NCBI GenBank assembly: GCA_030265395.1 | Contig: JARFYF010000063.1 | Location: 86,478,924 to 86,542,923 of the forward strand | Source of the DNA: Rhina ancylostomus | Taxonomy: Eukaryota | Reading direction: 5' to 3' | Length of the DNA: 64,000 bases | Shown: one piece after another, positions 35,880 to 50,080 of the stretch | How positions within the stretch are numbered: the stretch's first letter is position 1 | How the letters are laid out: each line of letters begins with the position of its first letter | Notes under the pieces: generated by a model | What the model was told of the DNA's origin: nothing | Databases searched by the model: none | The model's input: the letters and a program-made list of their open reading frames with translations, nothing else | Program-made: the position numbers and the translations under genes

Positions 35880-38220
35880 TCTTAAAGCTCGCCATGTTTC
35901 ACTCCATTGAGCATCCTGGCTCCTGCTCTGACTTCCTGTATACTCCAGACCTCCTTTTGTCACCTTTGTGGTCACAAAGTCATTTTCTCTGATTGCCCCA
36001 GGGTTTTCAAATCTGCTGTGATTATTTTCGGTCTGTCTGACTGTATTTTGGCTACTCTGTTCTGTGGTGTCATTAGTAAGTCAATACCTGTTGTGAAATC
36101 CCTCAAAGGATCTTCAGAACTTTTCAACTGCTTCCACACTGCAATGCAGTCCTCTCTCAAAGCATCTCTAGACATACTTGATTCAGTCCATTCAGCGATT
36201 CTGTAAACAGCAGAAGTTTTATTCACACTGAATCCTTACCCAGAACTCAGGTAGTCTCATCTTGTCAGTCAGTATCATTTTGTGTCAGACTTGATTGATG
36301 TCGCCTCTGCAGGCACTTGTATAATTGGCACCTTCTGTGCTAATGTTTCACTGCCATCATATTGAGATACCTGCTTCATTTTGAGCAATGGTGAACTAAA
36401 CATATGACCAGCCCTTGCTGTCAGACATCTGAACAATCAGCATCATGAATCCATAATTCTTTAAAGCAAGGTTTGTATTCTTTCTCTGTCTCTGAGGGTG
36501 TATGCTTCATTAATATTTTCCATTTCCATTATAAACCCAGTTCTGGGGATGCCACGTTCCCTTTGCCAACAGACCTCATCGCAGCCCTTGGCTATATATC
36601 ACACAACTTTCCTTTGAATTTCCGTGTATGTATGGGCCAAACAGCTTCCTTGTCATCGCCCGAGAAAGTCACCGTTCAACCACTTAGCTGTCTTTTAGCC
36701 CAAGCTTCATTTTTTTTAATTGGATGACTCTCTTTAAATTTCATCTGCAATAGTAACATTGCATCACTATGTACATCTTGATTCCGCCAGCCACCATTGT
36801 GGAGAAACTGCCTGTATTCACTGCATTTTCACTATGGGTTGCCCCTTCTCTTGCCATTCAAGGTAGTTGCATGGTAGCCATCAAACTATCATTTTACATA
36901 CATATCTCTTTGGAGCTACGGACAGTAACCTGGATCTGTTAGATGGAGACTTGACAGAAATTCCCAAATTCAACTAACCCAGTGGTCTGCTTGGGCTGGA
37001 AGGTTCGCCCCACAGCTAGAGTTGCTTCTGGACGTCCTTGCTGCCCAATGTAATGATTCTTTCAAGAAAGCAGTTCCACAATCCAGGTGACTCAGTTCAG
37101 CCTGTTCCACTGATCCTGGAGAATGTTCACAGCTTACCAGTTTGAGGGGTAACTGGAAACATTTACCCCTTATGGTTACCCGACAGTTTACTTCCTTCAT
37201 AATAAGTATGGTCCCTTGATTCTATATCTGCCCAACACTATTCTGCTGCACTAAAACAGAAAATGTTTGACATATTTCAAATACATGCCATGGCTGTGGA
37301 CAGACCGACTTGCTGTGGTATCAGTTTTGTTTTTTATGAACAAGTATGGCATTAAGTACTTTGTCACTGTCCTTTGGTGATAATAGATGCATTTAAGCAC
37401 ACCTCCTCATTATCACCTTGTGCACAGTTCTGGAGTGAAACTGTTCTATACCCTTACCCCCTTGCATCAAAGCAATAAGGGGCTCCCATGTTGCTGTCAT
37501 TTAGTTTCTTTGTCCTGCCCTGTGGTACTTGTAGCACAGGACTACCTTGAATGGTATTGTGATGTTGGGTGTCTCCCAAAACATCTGTGGTCTCCATGCC
37601 AAGGCCTCTGTCTTTAATAGTAGCAGGACCTGCAGACTTCCTGCCTCTTGTATTGAGATAACCTACTGGATTCCTACGAAACCTACTTGTGGTCTTCGTG
37701 TGACTTGGCCACAAAGAAGACCATACCCCTATTGCAATGTCTGTAGGCCTGTTCATTGCTTGCACCTCAATACTGCACCCTGAATGAATCTGCTTCACAT
37801 TTTTAAGTGATGTGCCCAGGGAAAAAGACTCCGGAAATTACATCTCTTTGCCAGTGTCTTTAGCCTGACCATATATTCACCAACTGCTTTCTCGAAGTCA
37901 CTGATTCCATGGTTCAGATTTTTAGCTGTTGAAAATCCCTGATGTTGTGTTAAAATGTGACTTCAAGGTTTTTGGTACATCCTCATTTGGAGTATGTGGT
38001 GCGAGTAGACTCACCGAAGTCACCTGTGTTTCTGGCCCACCACTAGCAAGAATATTGCCTTTCTCTTCTGTGCTTCCATGTTTCTCTGTTCTTTGTTGTC
38101 CCCTAGGATCTTGGCAATATTGCTTGCCCCCAGGAACATATCCACTCATGGAATAAACAGGGAAGATGGCTGAGTCTGCTTCAGTTGGCCAACATATTCA
38201 ACATATTAATTGCTTGCCAT
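35880..38220 (-). mobile_element. Highly decayed Ty3/Gypsy (Mag-like) LTR retrotransposon: gag, protease, pol remnants
   Basis: Hand translation of minus frames: KRKAIFLLVVG, VSLLAP..KTLKSHFN, VGEYMVRLKTLAKRCNF (gag); HRCFGRHPTSQY and PFKVVLCYKYHRAGQ (two decayed zinc knuckles); DTTASRSV (decayed DTGA protease) then EVNCRVTIRGKCFQLPLKLV. No LTRs identified. Confidence 0.65.
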
Positions 38221-38989
38221 CATCCTTGCTTGACTCAGAGAAAATGATTCTTTATTTTCTTTGCACTAAGTCATTGTTCTGCTACTATCTCCAGTAACAA
38301 CATCTCATCCTCATCACCAGTAGGTTGTTTTCTATTGCCGTGTCCATAAACAAGTAACAGACCTAGAGCTATCCATAGAACATCCTCTCAGCTGAACAGC
38401 AATATCAGGTCTAACAATACATCAAAGCCCTATCACCTGATTGACTCAGTTCTTAAAGTTACATTTATACACATATAGAGGACCCCTATATCATGGACAA
38501 TATTTGTCCATCAGGACCATTTAAAATGACCATCTTGTTATTTCTGNNNNNNNNNNNNNNNNNNNNNNNNNNNNNNNNNNNNNNNNNNNNNNNNNNNNNN
38601 NNNNNNNNNNNNNNNNNNNNNNNNNNNNNNNNNNNNNNNNNNNNNNCCATCTTGTTATTTCAGGATTCTTGGATTTTGTTGTGTACAAATAGTCTGCTGC
38701 ATTTCCAAACAACTTCAAAACTGCTCATTGACCATAAAGTGTTTTGCAGTGCCCTCAGTTTCTTCAAACATTATATGAATGTATGACTGTACAAGAAAAT
38801 CTCTAGTTTAGTATCCAGCTTCAGTTTGACCATCACTAATATGAAAGGAAACAAGTTATAATTAGGTCACACCTTTCATGTCCTTCACACCTAAGCATTT
38901 CACAGTGAACTATTTCTGGAATGCTGTCACTATTTTATAAGAAATGCAGTGACCTATTCATACAAGCAAGGCCCCATAGATAGCAATGC

Positions 38990-39480
38990 ATTGTCCACAA
39001 AAAGCAGCAATGTGGCACCAATCTGGCTAATTATCACCCTATCAGTGTATCCTCAATTATCAATAAAGTGATGGAAGGTATTGGTGACGGTGCTTTCAAC
39101 CTGCATTTTAATTACCAACAACCTGCTTATTAATGCTCTGTTGGGATTCACTAGACCTCTTTACAGCCTTAGACTGAAGCGTTGACAAAAGTACTTGATT
39201 CAAGAGGTGAGATGAGATTGACTGCCCTTGACAACAAGGCAAGATTTGACCCAGTGTGACAGAATATAGAGTTTTGGTAAAAACCAGAGTCAGTGGCTAT
39301 TAGCGGGAAAACTCTCTACTGCATGGTGCCATAAGCTACACAGAGAAAGATTGAAGATTGTTGTGGTCATTGGAGGTCAATTGTTTTGGTCCCAGGACAT
39401 AACTCTTGCCCCAACCATTTTAGCTCCATCATCATAAAGTCAGAAGTGGGCATTTTCCCTGATAATTCCACAACAGTTCC
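38990..39480 (+). mobile_element. CR1-type RT fragment (same family as 1700-3510, opposite strand)
   Basis: ggctaattatcaccctatcagt (ANYHPIS), tcaagaggtgagatgagattgactgcccttgac, aagtcagaagtgggcatttt. Confidence 0.75.
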
Positions 39481-41169
39481 AGCCATTCCATGAAAGTGGC
39501 TCGTCGTCACCTTCTCATGTACATGTGAAGATGGTGACTGAATAGTGGCCCTGCCAGACATTATCAGATGCCGTAAATGAATGACAAAAGAATGAGATGA
39601 ATGCCTAATTTGTTATTGTTTTTCTAGTGGATGTATCTTGGCTTGGACACAAGGTAAACTATTCATCTTGACTGAACCAGCTTCATAAGTACTGTGAAAG
39701 CAGAAGAAGATACGGGCTGGTATTTTTCAGGACTATGTTTTAATTCAATAAAGTCTAAGGATTTGTTTTGTCTACCTAAATAGGCAAGGCACACCCCACA
39801 TGGTAGTACCCACACAGCACTGCACTAGAATTTTAGTTTGAATTATGCTCAAGACCCGAGAATGGTTCACCTCCAAACAAAGATCACACACAAATCTGGT
39901 TTAATTTAAATGTTCACAAGTAATCCAGTTACATTAAACTTCCATCTTGGTTTCAGTTGCAATTCCAAGTTTACTTTATCCATACCGTTTAACCTTTAAT
40001 GCTGTAATTCTTGAGAACCACTTTCTAAGCTATGCCATTTCAAAAAATGGATAGTTGTCTCTTAAAAATGGTTTCAATAGATACGTTGTCCAGAAGTTGT
40101 AGTTTTGGAAAATGAGCCCAGATTGACATACTGATCACATTCTTAACAAGCATCTCAGCTGTATCACGGACCACATAAGTCAAAGTTTGTTTGGACCATG
40201 AAATGTTTACTGTCCTATTTAGATCATCAAGAAGATTATTGTTTTTGCAGGGCAGAGCCTTGGATTACCAGCTCAAATCTGGAGCAAGTTTGCCTGGACA
40301 CTGCAAGCCCCTATATTCATAGGATTGCATAAGGAAGGCAAGAACAGATTGGTATTTTTCCTGCCCACTCCCTCCACCAAATAAAGCAGAAGCAAATTAT
40401 GTTCATAGATTTTAAGCGTTTCTTTAATTTTGTGCTGCCAAAGTATTAAAGGGATAGAGATTGGATAAGAAAAGGAATGATTTTGATCCATAAGCACACA
40501 TCTTGGCTGTCAGTGGCATCTGAGATTAAGTAGTTAGAAATTTATGCGTTAGGCTTTTGTTTAGCTTTGTGCACCAGACCAGCCACACAAATAACTTCCT
40601 CAGCTGTGTTTCATTCTCTCTGGTGGCAATGGGAAAGCCTTTAAATTGTAGTGTGCCCCCTGATGTAATCACAACCTGTTCTATCCGTTTCTTCCCTGGG
40701 GCTAGGCATGGATAAACACTGGATGCTTATCTAATCAAGCATTACTCAAAAAGTAGGCTTCAATGTTGACTGGCAAAACCATGTAATTAGAGAATGGTGC
40801 TTTCACATTTTTCCTCAAATCTTCTAAGTGCTTTTTGATTATTTTTCAGGACTTCTGTTCTATTAATAGTGCAACAGAAGAAGTATAATTACCTGCATTC
40901 ATTAGTTCAAATGATTTTTCCCCCCATTTTATAGGACACTATCTGCTCTAGCAACATCTGATCAAAAGCAGGTTTTAGTAATTTGCATTCAATTTTCTCA
41001 TGTTTCCCCTTTCAGCGCAATTTTTTGGGGACAATGCTTTTTGGCATTTTGTCCAGGCAGACATTGCTTACTTTTCAGACTAATTATTACAATGGTGAGC
41101 AATTTGATTGTACTCAAGTTTGATGCTCTCAACTGGTATCCATGGATACAAGCAACCATAAGGAACAGG

Positions 41170-41435
41170 AGTACTGATGTAAAGGATTGTAGATCTGCGT
41201 TTCAAAGAAACCTATGGGACTTCTCACTGTTGTATTGGGCCAATATATATTGCTGAAACAACATCATGAAAGCATTTGTCTAGTCACTTCATACATTTTT
41301 TTAAGGAAATTCCTGTGCACAAATTGACTGCTATGTTTACCAACTGCACCAGTGACTATATTTCAAAATTATGTAAATTGGATACAAGGTGGATTGGGGC
41401 ATCTTGAAATTGTGAAAAGTTGTGCATAAATATAA
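41170..41435 (+). mobile_element. DeuSINE 3' half
   Basis: ggccaatatatat..ctgtgcacaaattgactgct..cagtgactata..ttgtgaaaag..ataaat. Confidence 0.55.
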
Positions 41436-41689
41436 TTATCAACATTTCTAAACAGGTGCAGGTACTTTGTAATACTAGGTTATTTGCTCATATTATCTTC
41501 ATTGACCTGGCCCTTTAATAAATTGTTTTATACAGAAATATACTTTTGCTTTCAGCCCAACTGGTTTCTGTTGGTATTTGTATTTCACCTACTCCTACAC
41601 CTCGTGGTCTAGTCATATATATTACTTTTGTTTTTGTGGCCTTATTTACAGTTACCTTAAGTATGTCTCTGTTAGTCATTGCAATCCAA

Positions 41690-42020
41690 GAATGGCACAG
41701 TGGGTCAGCTTGTGGAGCTGCTGTCTCATAACTCCAGCGACCCATGCAATCCTGACTTTGGGTGCTGAATGTGTGGAGTTTGCATGTGCTCCCTGTTACA
41801 ATGTAGGTTTCTTCTAGGTCCTGAAGACATTTAGGATGGTAGGTAAATTAGCCACTTTAAATTGCCCATATTATGTAGCTAAGTAGTAGAGTCTTTGGGA
41901 GCTTATGGGAATGTGGGAAAAGTAAAAACAAAAATGGAATTAGTTTAAAAGTTCTTGATGGTTGGCTCAGACTAGGTGGGCTGAAGGGCCTGATTTTATG
42001 CTGTTTCATCTATAACTATG
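41690..42020 (+). mobile_element. HE1-like V-SINE with CR1-type tail
   Basis: ggcacagtgg..gagctgctgtctca head, tgtgtggagtttgcatgt V-domain, tail ggtgggctgaagggcctg..tgctgt..ctataactatg. Confidence 0.8.
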
Positions 42021-42512
42021 GTTAAAGCTCACAGTAGCAAGTTCCACTCTTAATAACTAGCTGGATTTATTATTGACTGTCTTATATTAATGGCATCTGG
42101 TTCTGATCTTGCTGTAAGTAGGAACACATTGTCCCCATCTACCCTATCTAACCTTCTCAATATTTTAAATACCTCTCTCAGGTTACCCCTTCACTTTTGT
42201 AGAGTAGAGCTCTGGCTTGTTTAACCTTTCCTGAAGGTTGCAACTCCCAATTCTGAATCAACCTTCTAAATATTCTTTGCATGTACTTCAGTTCCTCCAT
42301 ATCCTTTCGTGATTTGAAGTTCACACTGGGACCTTCCTGGGTTTTGTGGCTCAGGCAGTTGTTGCCTTAATGAACTGACCTAATAATTGATTTTACTGTT
42401 GAATTATTTGCATTCTCTAAAGTTTGTAAAATATATGTGAGAAAAATAACTGTATGAAGTAACTAAGATTAATGTACAGAAGAGATCATGATAAATGGCC
42501 ATTTTATTTGAA

Positions 42513-42807
42513 CAGTAAAACTCCAATAATCCACTATATCAGAATTCTGAAATCCCAATGGTTCGGCATCTGACTCACCTGGTGTAACGTTTGTTGCGTT
42601 CTCTTCTCACTCGCCAGGGCCCTATGCTGCCTTTCAATTTATCTGGTTCACTGGAAAACATTATTTAAATATGCAACATCTCTTTTCAAAAAAAAAGTCA
42701 ATGTAAAATGTGATGGGACATGAATTGAAATAACATCCAATACTACAGAAAATCTGCTAGTCCGGCATTACCAAAGTCCCAAGTGTGCTGGATTGTCAGT
42801 TTTACTG
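42513..42807. mobile_element. Non-autonomous Tc1/mariner-pogo (Tigger-like) MITE
   Basis: Terminal inverted repeats CAGTAAAACT..AATCC / GGATT..AGTTTTACTG (10 bp perfect), TA on the right flank and AA on the left; related copy at ~60240-60560. Confidence 0.7.
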
Positions 42808-43449
42808 TAATGTATAACATCTTGAATATCCAGTTAAATTGTACTTGTTGACTGAACCACTTCAAATTATGTCTAAGCAAATTGTTCCAGATGACACTGG
42901 ATGTTACATCTTAGTGAATAAAGATGACATAAATTGTTTCCATTTAACGTACACTCACTGATCATGTAGTGTTAGGTTTAGTGGTATGATATATAAAGTG
43001 AAGTTGGCTTAAATTGTGATGTTGCTCCTTATACACAGCAAAATGGTTGAAATGTGAGCTTAAGATAATAGCTTGCATTGATAATGCATTTTGCTATCAG
43101 TCAGCTAACTACCAGAAAATTAAGTGTTTTATTGCTGCTTCATTTTTCTTGTTAAGTTGAGATTTGATGTAGTTTGAAGAAGTTCTCTTGTCATTGTTGC
43201 TTCTCACTGGGATGGTGTCCAGTGACTCGAAAGAGACTAATTCTCTTGCTTATGTGGATGAGATTTTACTGCAGTCTATTAATTAATGTTGATTAGTAAA
43301 GTTGCAGAATTATTGGGAGTGATATCTATTATACTTATTAGGTGAGAATTGATTTTAGAGGCACTAACTTGGTTTCCATCTTTAGAAATTTCACTCAGAT
43401 TGAAAATACTTGTCTGAATGTTTTCATGTTTATGAAACTCCATTTAGGA

Positions 43450-43700
43450 GAAACAAAATGCATTTCTATACCACCTTTTATAACCTGAGGATGTCTCACG
43501 TTTTCCATCAAGTGAAGCACTTTTGATGTGTAGTCAGTGTTGTAGGAAGTGTAGCAGGATCTTGCACACAGCTGTGTGATGTGGTGATCAGATAATCTCA
43601 TCCTTTGGAACATTAGTTGAAGAGCTAATTTTGATCATGATCTTAGGCCATCGTAAAATACCATTCTAGGCTGTTCTTCAAAATAGTAGCATGGGATTGC
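43450..43700 (-). mobile_element. DeuSINE 3' half
   Basis: atgcatttctataccaccttt..aagcacttttgatgtgtagtcagtgttgtaggaa..ttgcacacagc..cagataatct..ttcaaaatagtagcatgggat. Confidence 0.65.
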
Positions 43701-46700
43701 ACTTCTCTAACACTTAGTTTCTCATTGTAAGTTGTGGTTCACCATGGTCTGTGCACTGTAGGGGTGGGGGGGGGGGGGGTGGGAAATCCTCAAAAAAAAA
43801 AGTGGTAACAAGCACAAGGAACTGAAAATGTTTTGGTTGCATTAAATGTCTGTGAATTTAACTGATCCATAACAGAAAAGTAATGTGACTAATATAATTA
43901 ACAAGATTTAATGTAAACCTAAATTTGGTAGTGACTAAAAACATACTGATTTGTTAAAGGTAATTCCATAGAAAAACAACTTGTGTAAAAGGCAAGATGT
44001 TCCAACAATCACATAGCTTAGTTGTATTTACTCCCCCCCAGGGTGATTCCAGTTACCCTTTCTAATTCTGATTGAATTGAACGGAAAGCATCTGACCAAC
44101 ATTTGCTGCCTGAAACATTACACAATTTTCTATAGAATCATTAACATAGTTTCTAGAGAACTCCCTGAATTATATTTCAAATTTTAGTACTCACCTGATT
44201 TTCTTTTGAAAGCTAGTACTGAATTCAGAAATGTTCCTGGCAAAATCTTTTGCATTTTGTGCAACCATATTCCACAAGTGGCAATGTCATGTTCAGAAAA
44301 TCTCCTTTTGTGATTGTGAGCTGAATGTTGGCATGGACACGTGCTTTAATAATTTCAACCATCCCTGCACCTGCTCCAATATTCCATGAAATGCAGAGAA
44401 AAGTATTGAAAATAAAATTAGATTGATCCTGTGGCTTTTAATTAAATCACTCATGTTTTCCTCAATAGAACTCTACATCACGTGACAACAGAATGTTGTT
44501 GAATTCATAGAGTAAATGGTTTCTTCAATATTGTCATTTTTATTTTACAGCAGAACAGTACACAAAATGGACCTGCAGGTGTTTTATAGTTTGGCATATT
44601 GCCATTCAAGGGACAATAGCCTTTGATTACTTTAACACAGCTCTGCTCTGAGTTATTAAATAATTGTTGAACACAGGTGTGGGCATGTCTGTCAGATTAT
44701 AAGAACTATCATTTATAATGTTCTTATCTCTTTATTTGTTCTTCAGATTTCTTTTATTGCTGATATTAATCTTGATGACAATGTGAGGAGCAAAACTAAC
44801 ATCCATAGGGATGGTCATTAACCTGGGATTCACTGTGGATATTTTTGTAAGCTCTTTCCCACTGCCAGGCTAAACAACTTTAACAAGCCTGTTCCCCAGA
44901 TGGTGTCATCAGCATTCATTGCCTTATTTATTTTGATGTAGGGGGCCTGCTTTTAAAAAATATAAATAGAAAACTGAGTTAATAGTAGAAATACTAAAGT
45001 TGACACAATCTTTAAATCCTTTCTCTGCCATAGTATCGGTTGCTTGCCCAAAGTCCTTACTCCTTTATTCCATGCACTTACTTTGTCCTCACTTCAATAA
45101 TGTCCAATCTAGAAAAATAAACATTAGTTCTCACCATGTGAGTGAAGAAGTGCTTAATTAAGTGCATTCATCAACAAATAGCATTTTACTGGGCAGCATC
45201 TATTGAAATGGCAAAATAATGTGGATGAAAATTTTTTTAAGAGGGAAAATGTTCTCTCAACAACTTTTGTTGGAACTACTAAAGTAAAAATCCTCAATGT
45301 TTCAAATGTTCAGTTCAAACTTCCATGAGAAGATGGAATGCTGCAGCTCAAATTTCAGTCTGAGAAGTTGATACAGGAAGTTCGGCGAAGCTTCACGCAC
45401 AGAATCTCCCTGTGGAGTTGCTTTTTCCCTGATTCCAGCATTGTTGGAAAACCCCCACCCTTCTTTTCCTCACATGCTGAAGTTCAAATGTGTGCTTCAC
45501 CATTATTATCTGCTTCACAGGCTTGCTAAATCACACGACTTAGCCGGTGGGCAATCTGTATCTTCATTTTGTTCCTGCAGTATATTTTTTCCCCCAAGTC
45601 ACTTTTATATTATTACTGGTAGAATGTCACTCTCTTTCCTTCTGCATTTTCTGAAACTCTGGATGCTTCTGGGAAAATCTAGATGCTGGAAATATGTAGG
45701 TGCCTGGAGTTCACTCCTTTGTTATCAAATGTTGCTGACATTAGTACTGCTGGACTCCAGCTGCCTGATAGTGAAGGGTGTATTTGGTCTTTTGTGCGTA
45801 AGGAACTGATGAATTCAAATTTGTGAGGTGTCATTCACACATGCAGGTCGCCCACCTTGGGTATCCTCAGAAAGCTTTCCCAAAAGGTTGAAATATGTTT
45901 GTTAAAACTAATAAATCAAGATGCAGAGCAATTGGTCTGGATTCAGAAGATAGAGTGCTAACAAATTGAAAATGTGCAATTTGCATAAAAGAAACCTCAG
46001 GTGCATATTTACAGTATTGGTTTATCCTATAGAACAAATTGTCTTTCATGTACGTTATGGCATAAGGCCATTTTGGCATATGAGTAGAAAGGAATATTGG
46101 TTATCTTCACACTGGAGATGTGAATTAACTATGTACATAAGCTGAGAAATAGCAACTTGAATTTCTTTAGCTTTTTTTTTCAAATTCTTTTTAGCAAAGA
46201 TAAAAGAAGACAAAAAGGATTTTGGGGATAAAAGATAGATTGTCTCTCAAGAAAGATTTGACTAGTGCAAAATAATTTAGATGAGAATTGGGTACTAAGG
46301 TGCATCTTGTGAGTGTGTTAGATTACACATCAGAACAAGTCATACAGTCAATGAACAGAACAATATGCAGTATGTTCTTAGGTAAAGCTTCCAGCTTGGG
46401 ACCCACTACATCAAAAATAATTCATCAAGAGGTGTTCAAATTAAGATAAATATGAATAAAATGTGAGCACTTAACTTATTTTCACTAGGGAATACACACC
46501 AAGTGGAAACATGATACTGCTACTCAAAATAATCAAAGGCAAAGATAAAGTGGAAGTAAACAAATAATTCATCTTGAATCACAGGCAGGGGACCCGAGGG
46601 CATGAGTGCAAAGTTCAAAACCCTGATATTGTATATGTTTGAAAATATGAAACGAGTATTCTCCAACAAGGTCCTGGAAATGTGGAATTATATCCAGAGA

Positions 46701-49104
46701 AGGCATGGTTGGAAGTGGCCCCTCATGCCTGTTCTGACATTCTGTTAGATCATGACTGATTTGTGTCTTAACTTCCACGATCTGCCTTTGTTCCATCACC
46801 TTGCTAACTAAATACTCTTGCCTAACAATAATCTGTTGATCTCAGTTTAGAAAATTTTGTTTGATTCCCAACCTCAACAACTTTTCAAGGTGAGTTTTTG
46901 ATTTAATTTGTTCTTTACTTCAGTGGGAATGCATTAGATTTCAGGGCACTTCTCCTGCTATATTGTACGTTTAACACAATTAATTTCTATCCACAGTTGA
47001 ATTTCTATCCCTAGTTTCTGGACAGAGCAGGCCTGATGAACCATATGACCTTGGATTAAAAAGCCCTTCACTTCTTCCTTGAGCTGCACCGTCTGAAGTC
47101 AACTCTCTGGAAGGTGAAGGGAATGATTTAATAGAGGTTTTGAAAATGTTGAAAAGATTTGATAGATGTGTGGAAGATGTTTTCCATTGTGGAAGTGAAG
47201 AGAGTAACAGGGATTTGGGGAAGGACTTGCAGCCCAAAGGACTTACCAGTTGAAAGCATACACAGAAATGGTAGAGTCAGTAAAATTTGGCTATGATGAA
47301 TTAGAAGAGCTCCTATACTTGCAGGGGTTGCAGGGCCGGAGGAGAAAATAGACAGAGAAGGGTGAAAGCAGAAGAGAGACTTGAAAACCAGGATGAGATT
47401 GAGATGTTACTTCTCCAGGAAACAATTCTAGTTAGCAAACATAGGATCAATGGGTTGCAGTCAGTGAGGTTACAAGTTACAAAGTTTTGGTTGAGTTCAA
47501 ATTTACAGAGAAGATAGATGTCGAGAAACAATGGTGCAGCAGGTGACTGAGAGACTCTTCCAACTTTAGATGATAGGAGATCCAACAGCATGTATTAACA
47601 TTTTACTGAAAACATTTACAATATACTGAAATAATTATAGCACAGATAAATAATTATACGTGGCTCAACACAGCTATGCCTCTGTTGGTTCCATTCCAGC
47701 CTTCAGCACTCTTCACTTCAGTGTGTCAAAGACTCATCCTATTTCCTCAACTTTCCCATAACTGCATTAATGTTACTCATCTCAACCACTTCCCTGTGCA
47801 GGTAAGTTCCACATTCTTGCCATAATACTAAAGAGGTAAAGAGGTTTCTCCTGAATTTCCTTTCGCACCGATGACACCACTAGTTCTAACCCTGCGTGTG
47901 AGTAGAAAACAATTTAAGTTTTACTTGAAAAATTCTTAGGCATCATTCAAAGCTATGAAGGTCGAGGCATGGTTTGCAAATGTCATTTGGAGTTCAGTTT
48001 AATAACATCTTGGAATGAGATGCCCAATTTAATCTCACTAAGAGAACACTTAGAAAGTGATCAGGAAGAGTTCTTCATCCCTTGTTGCTTTGTATGCAAG
48101 TCTCAGAGGTGGAAGTATTACGTACTGTGCCTCAATTTTTGTAAGAGTGATAGTTTTAATTGGTCCTTCTTTTAAGGTGCAGGTGCTGGTGCCTGTGGTG
48201 TAGTACTTAAAGTGATGTTGAGACTTAAATAGAATTAATAATGTCAAGGAATTTTGAGTGATTTGGAGCAAGTTGAAGAAAGGAAATGTTGCTACTTTCC
48301 TGGATAGCACTTAGTATTGAAAGTGCATTCCAATAAAAGACTTAAGAGTAGTCAAAATAATATTAAACTGCTAAGCTTTCTGGCTTCTACCGGTACATTG
48401 CAAAGGCCGAGTAATTCTGTCCTTGACTGTGAGGATAGGTGTCTAGGCATTGGTATAGTTCTGGGCATTACTGTCTGCATGCTGACCTTTCAAGAGGCAC
48501 ATTTTTGTGATTCTGGAGAATGAAACACATCATGATGGCTCAACGATCCTAACAAACTCTTTGGGGAAATATGACTGCAAATACGAGAAGAGGCATGAGT
48601 TCATGCTTCATTTGCCTATTCAAAGTCCAGCTGTTGCACAGCTAACAAGGTCTGCAGCATAGAACCAGTCAGCCCCAATGATCCATTGATACTCCAAAGG
48701 TGACTCCCACCCTTCATCTTCTAACCCTTATGGTCCTTCCTTTCTCTCTCAAGACTTTATCCAGCTTCCCTTTTAATGTATCCATGCTGTTTACCTCAAA
48801 GGCCTCTTGTGATCACAGGTTTCACATTCTCACCACTTACGGGACTTTCTCCTGAATTCCCCAAGAAATTTATTCCTGACTGTTTTGAATTTTATATTCC
48901 TTAGTTTTAACCCATTTTCTACATCTATCCTCTGTTAGGTCACTTATTTCTACTTTCCTCTTTTTGAGAGAAAAGAACTCAGCCTTTGTATTCTTCCCTG
49001 ATGATAGCTATCTCTCAGTTCTCTCTGAACAACCCAGACATACCAAAGTCTGGACAATGTTGTAACTCAACTTCACTTTAAATTAATTGTGTTTTATACA
49101 TGTC

Positions 49105-50080
49105 TAGAATATATACAGGGGCAGGCCATTTGGTCCCTCATGCCTGCACAACCATTCAATTGGATCATGACTATTACCTGAGCTAATATTCCTTGTTTCC
49201 CTTAATAACTAAAAATCTACTGATTTCTTTCTTGACATGTGCAGTAATTAAACCTCCATAGTGTCTTAGGAGATTCCAAGCACTCACTAGCTTTGTGGGG
49301 GAGGGGAGGAAGAAATCTAATCTCTGTTCTGCGTAAGGAAATCGTTATTTTGACACTTCAGTCTTGGTTTTTGACCTGCCTTCCCCGGGAAATATCATTC
49401 CTACATCAACCCTATCAAGTCCCATTAAAAAAAATTTATACATTCTGTACCTCTCACTCTTCCAAATTTGGTAGTGTGCAGGACCAGTCTACTTAATTTC
49501 TCCTCATAGGACAACTCTAGCATCATAGGAATCAATTTGGTAAACATTTGCTGCACTTGTGTTGGAAGAGATCCTTCCCTGGATATGGAGACCAGACTTG
49601 TGCATAATATTTCAGATGCCGGCTCAGCAAGGCCCTATATAATTGAAGCAAGATTTCTGCGTTCTTGTACTCAATTCCTCTTGNNNNNNNNNNGGTGCTT
49701 GTTGTACTTGCATGTTAGCTTTCAGTGATTGATGTACAACGACACCTAGGTACCAATGAATGTCAACATTTTTCAGTCTCTCACCATTTAATGAATGCTC
49801 TGCATTTCTGTTTTCTCCATCAAAGTGGAAGACCTCGTGTCTTCCCACATTGTGTTCCACCTGCCATCTCCTTGCCCATTCACTAAACCTATCTATATTG
49901 CCCTGAACTTTCTCTCCCTCCTCTTCACAGCCCAATTCAGGACTTGGCTTTGTAACGTGTTGGAAATCTTACACTTGTTTTCCCCCCACAACCCCCCATG
50001 CCCATCCCTTTGAAATCATTAATATAAATTGAGAACAACTGGGGCCCCAGCAGTGATCTCTGTGGCACTCCACTAGTTAA
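49105..50080 (-). mobile_element. 5'-truncated CR1 LINE (RT C-terminal half to 3' tail)
   Basis: TSGVPQRSLLGPQLFSIYIND at ~50015-50078, and ORF 49624-49935 IDRFSEWARRWQVEHNVG..LNGERL..LGVVVHQSLKANMQVQQA. Confidence 0.9.

Noticed and set aside
43761-43783. G-run able to form a G-quadruplex
   Set aside because: Simple homopolymer of unreliable length in a draft assembly, with no supporting context.
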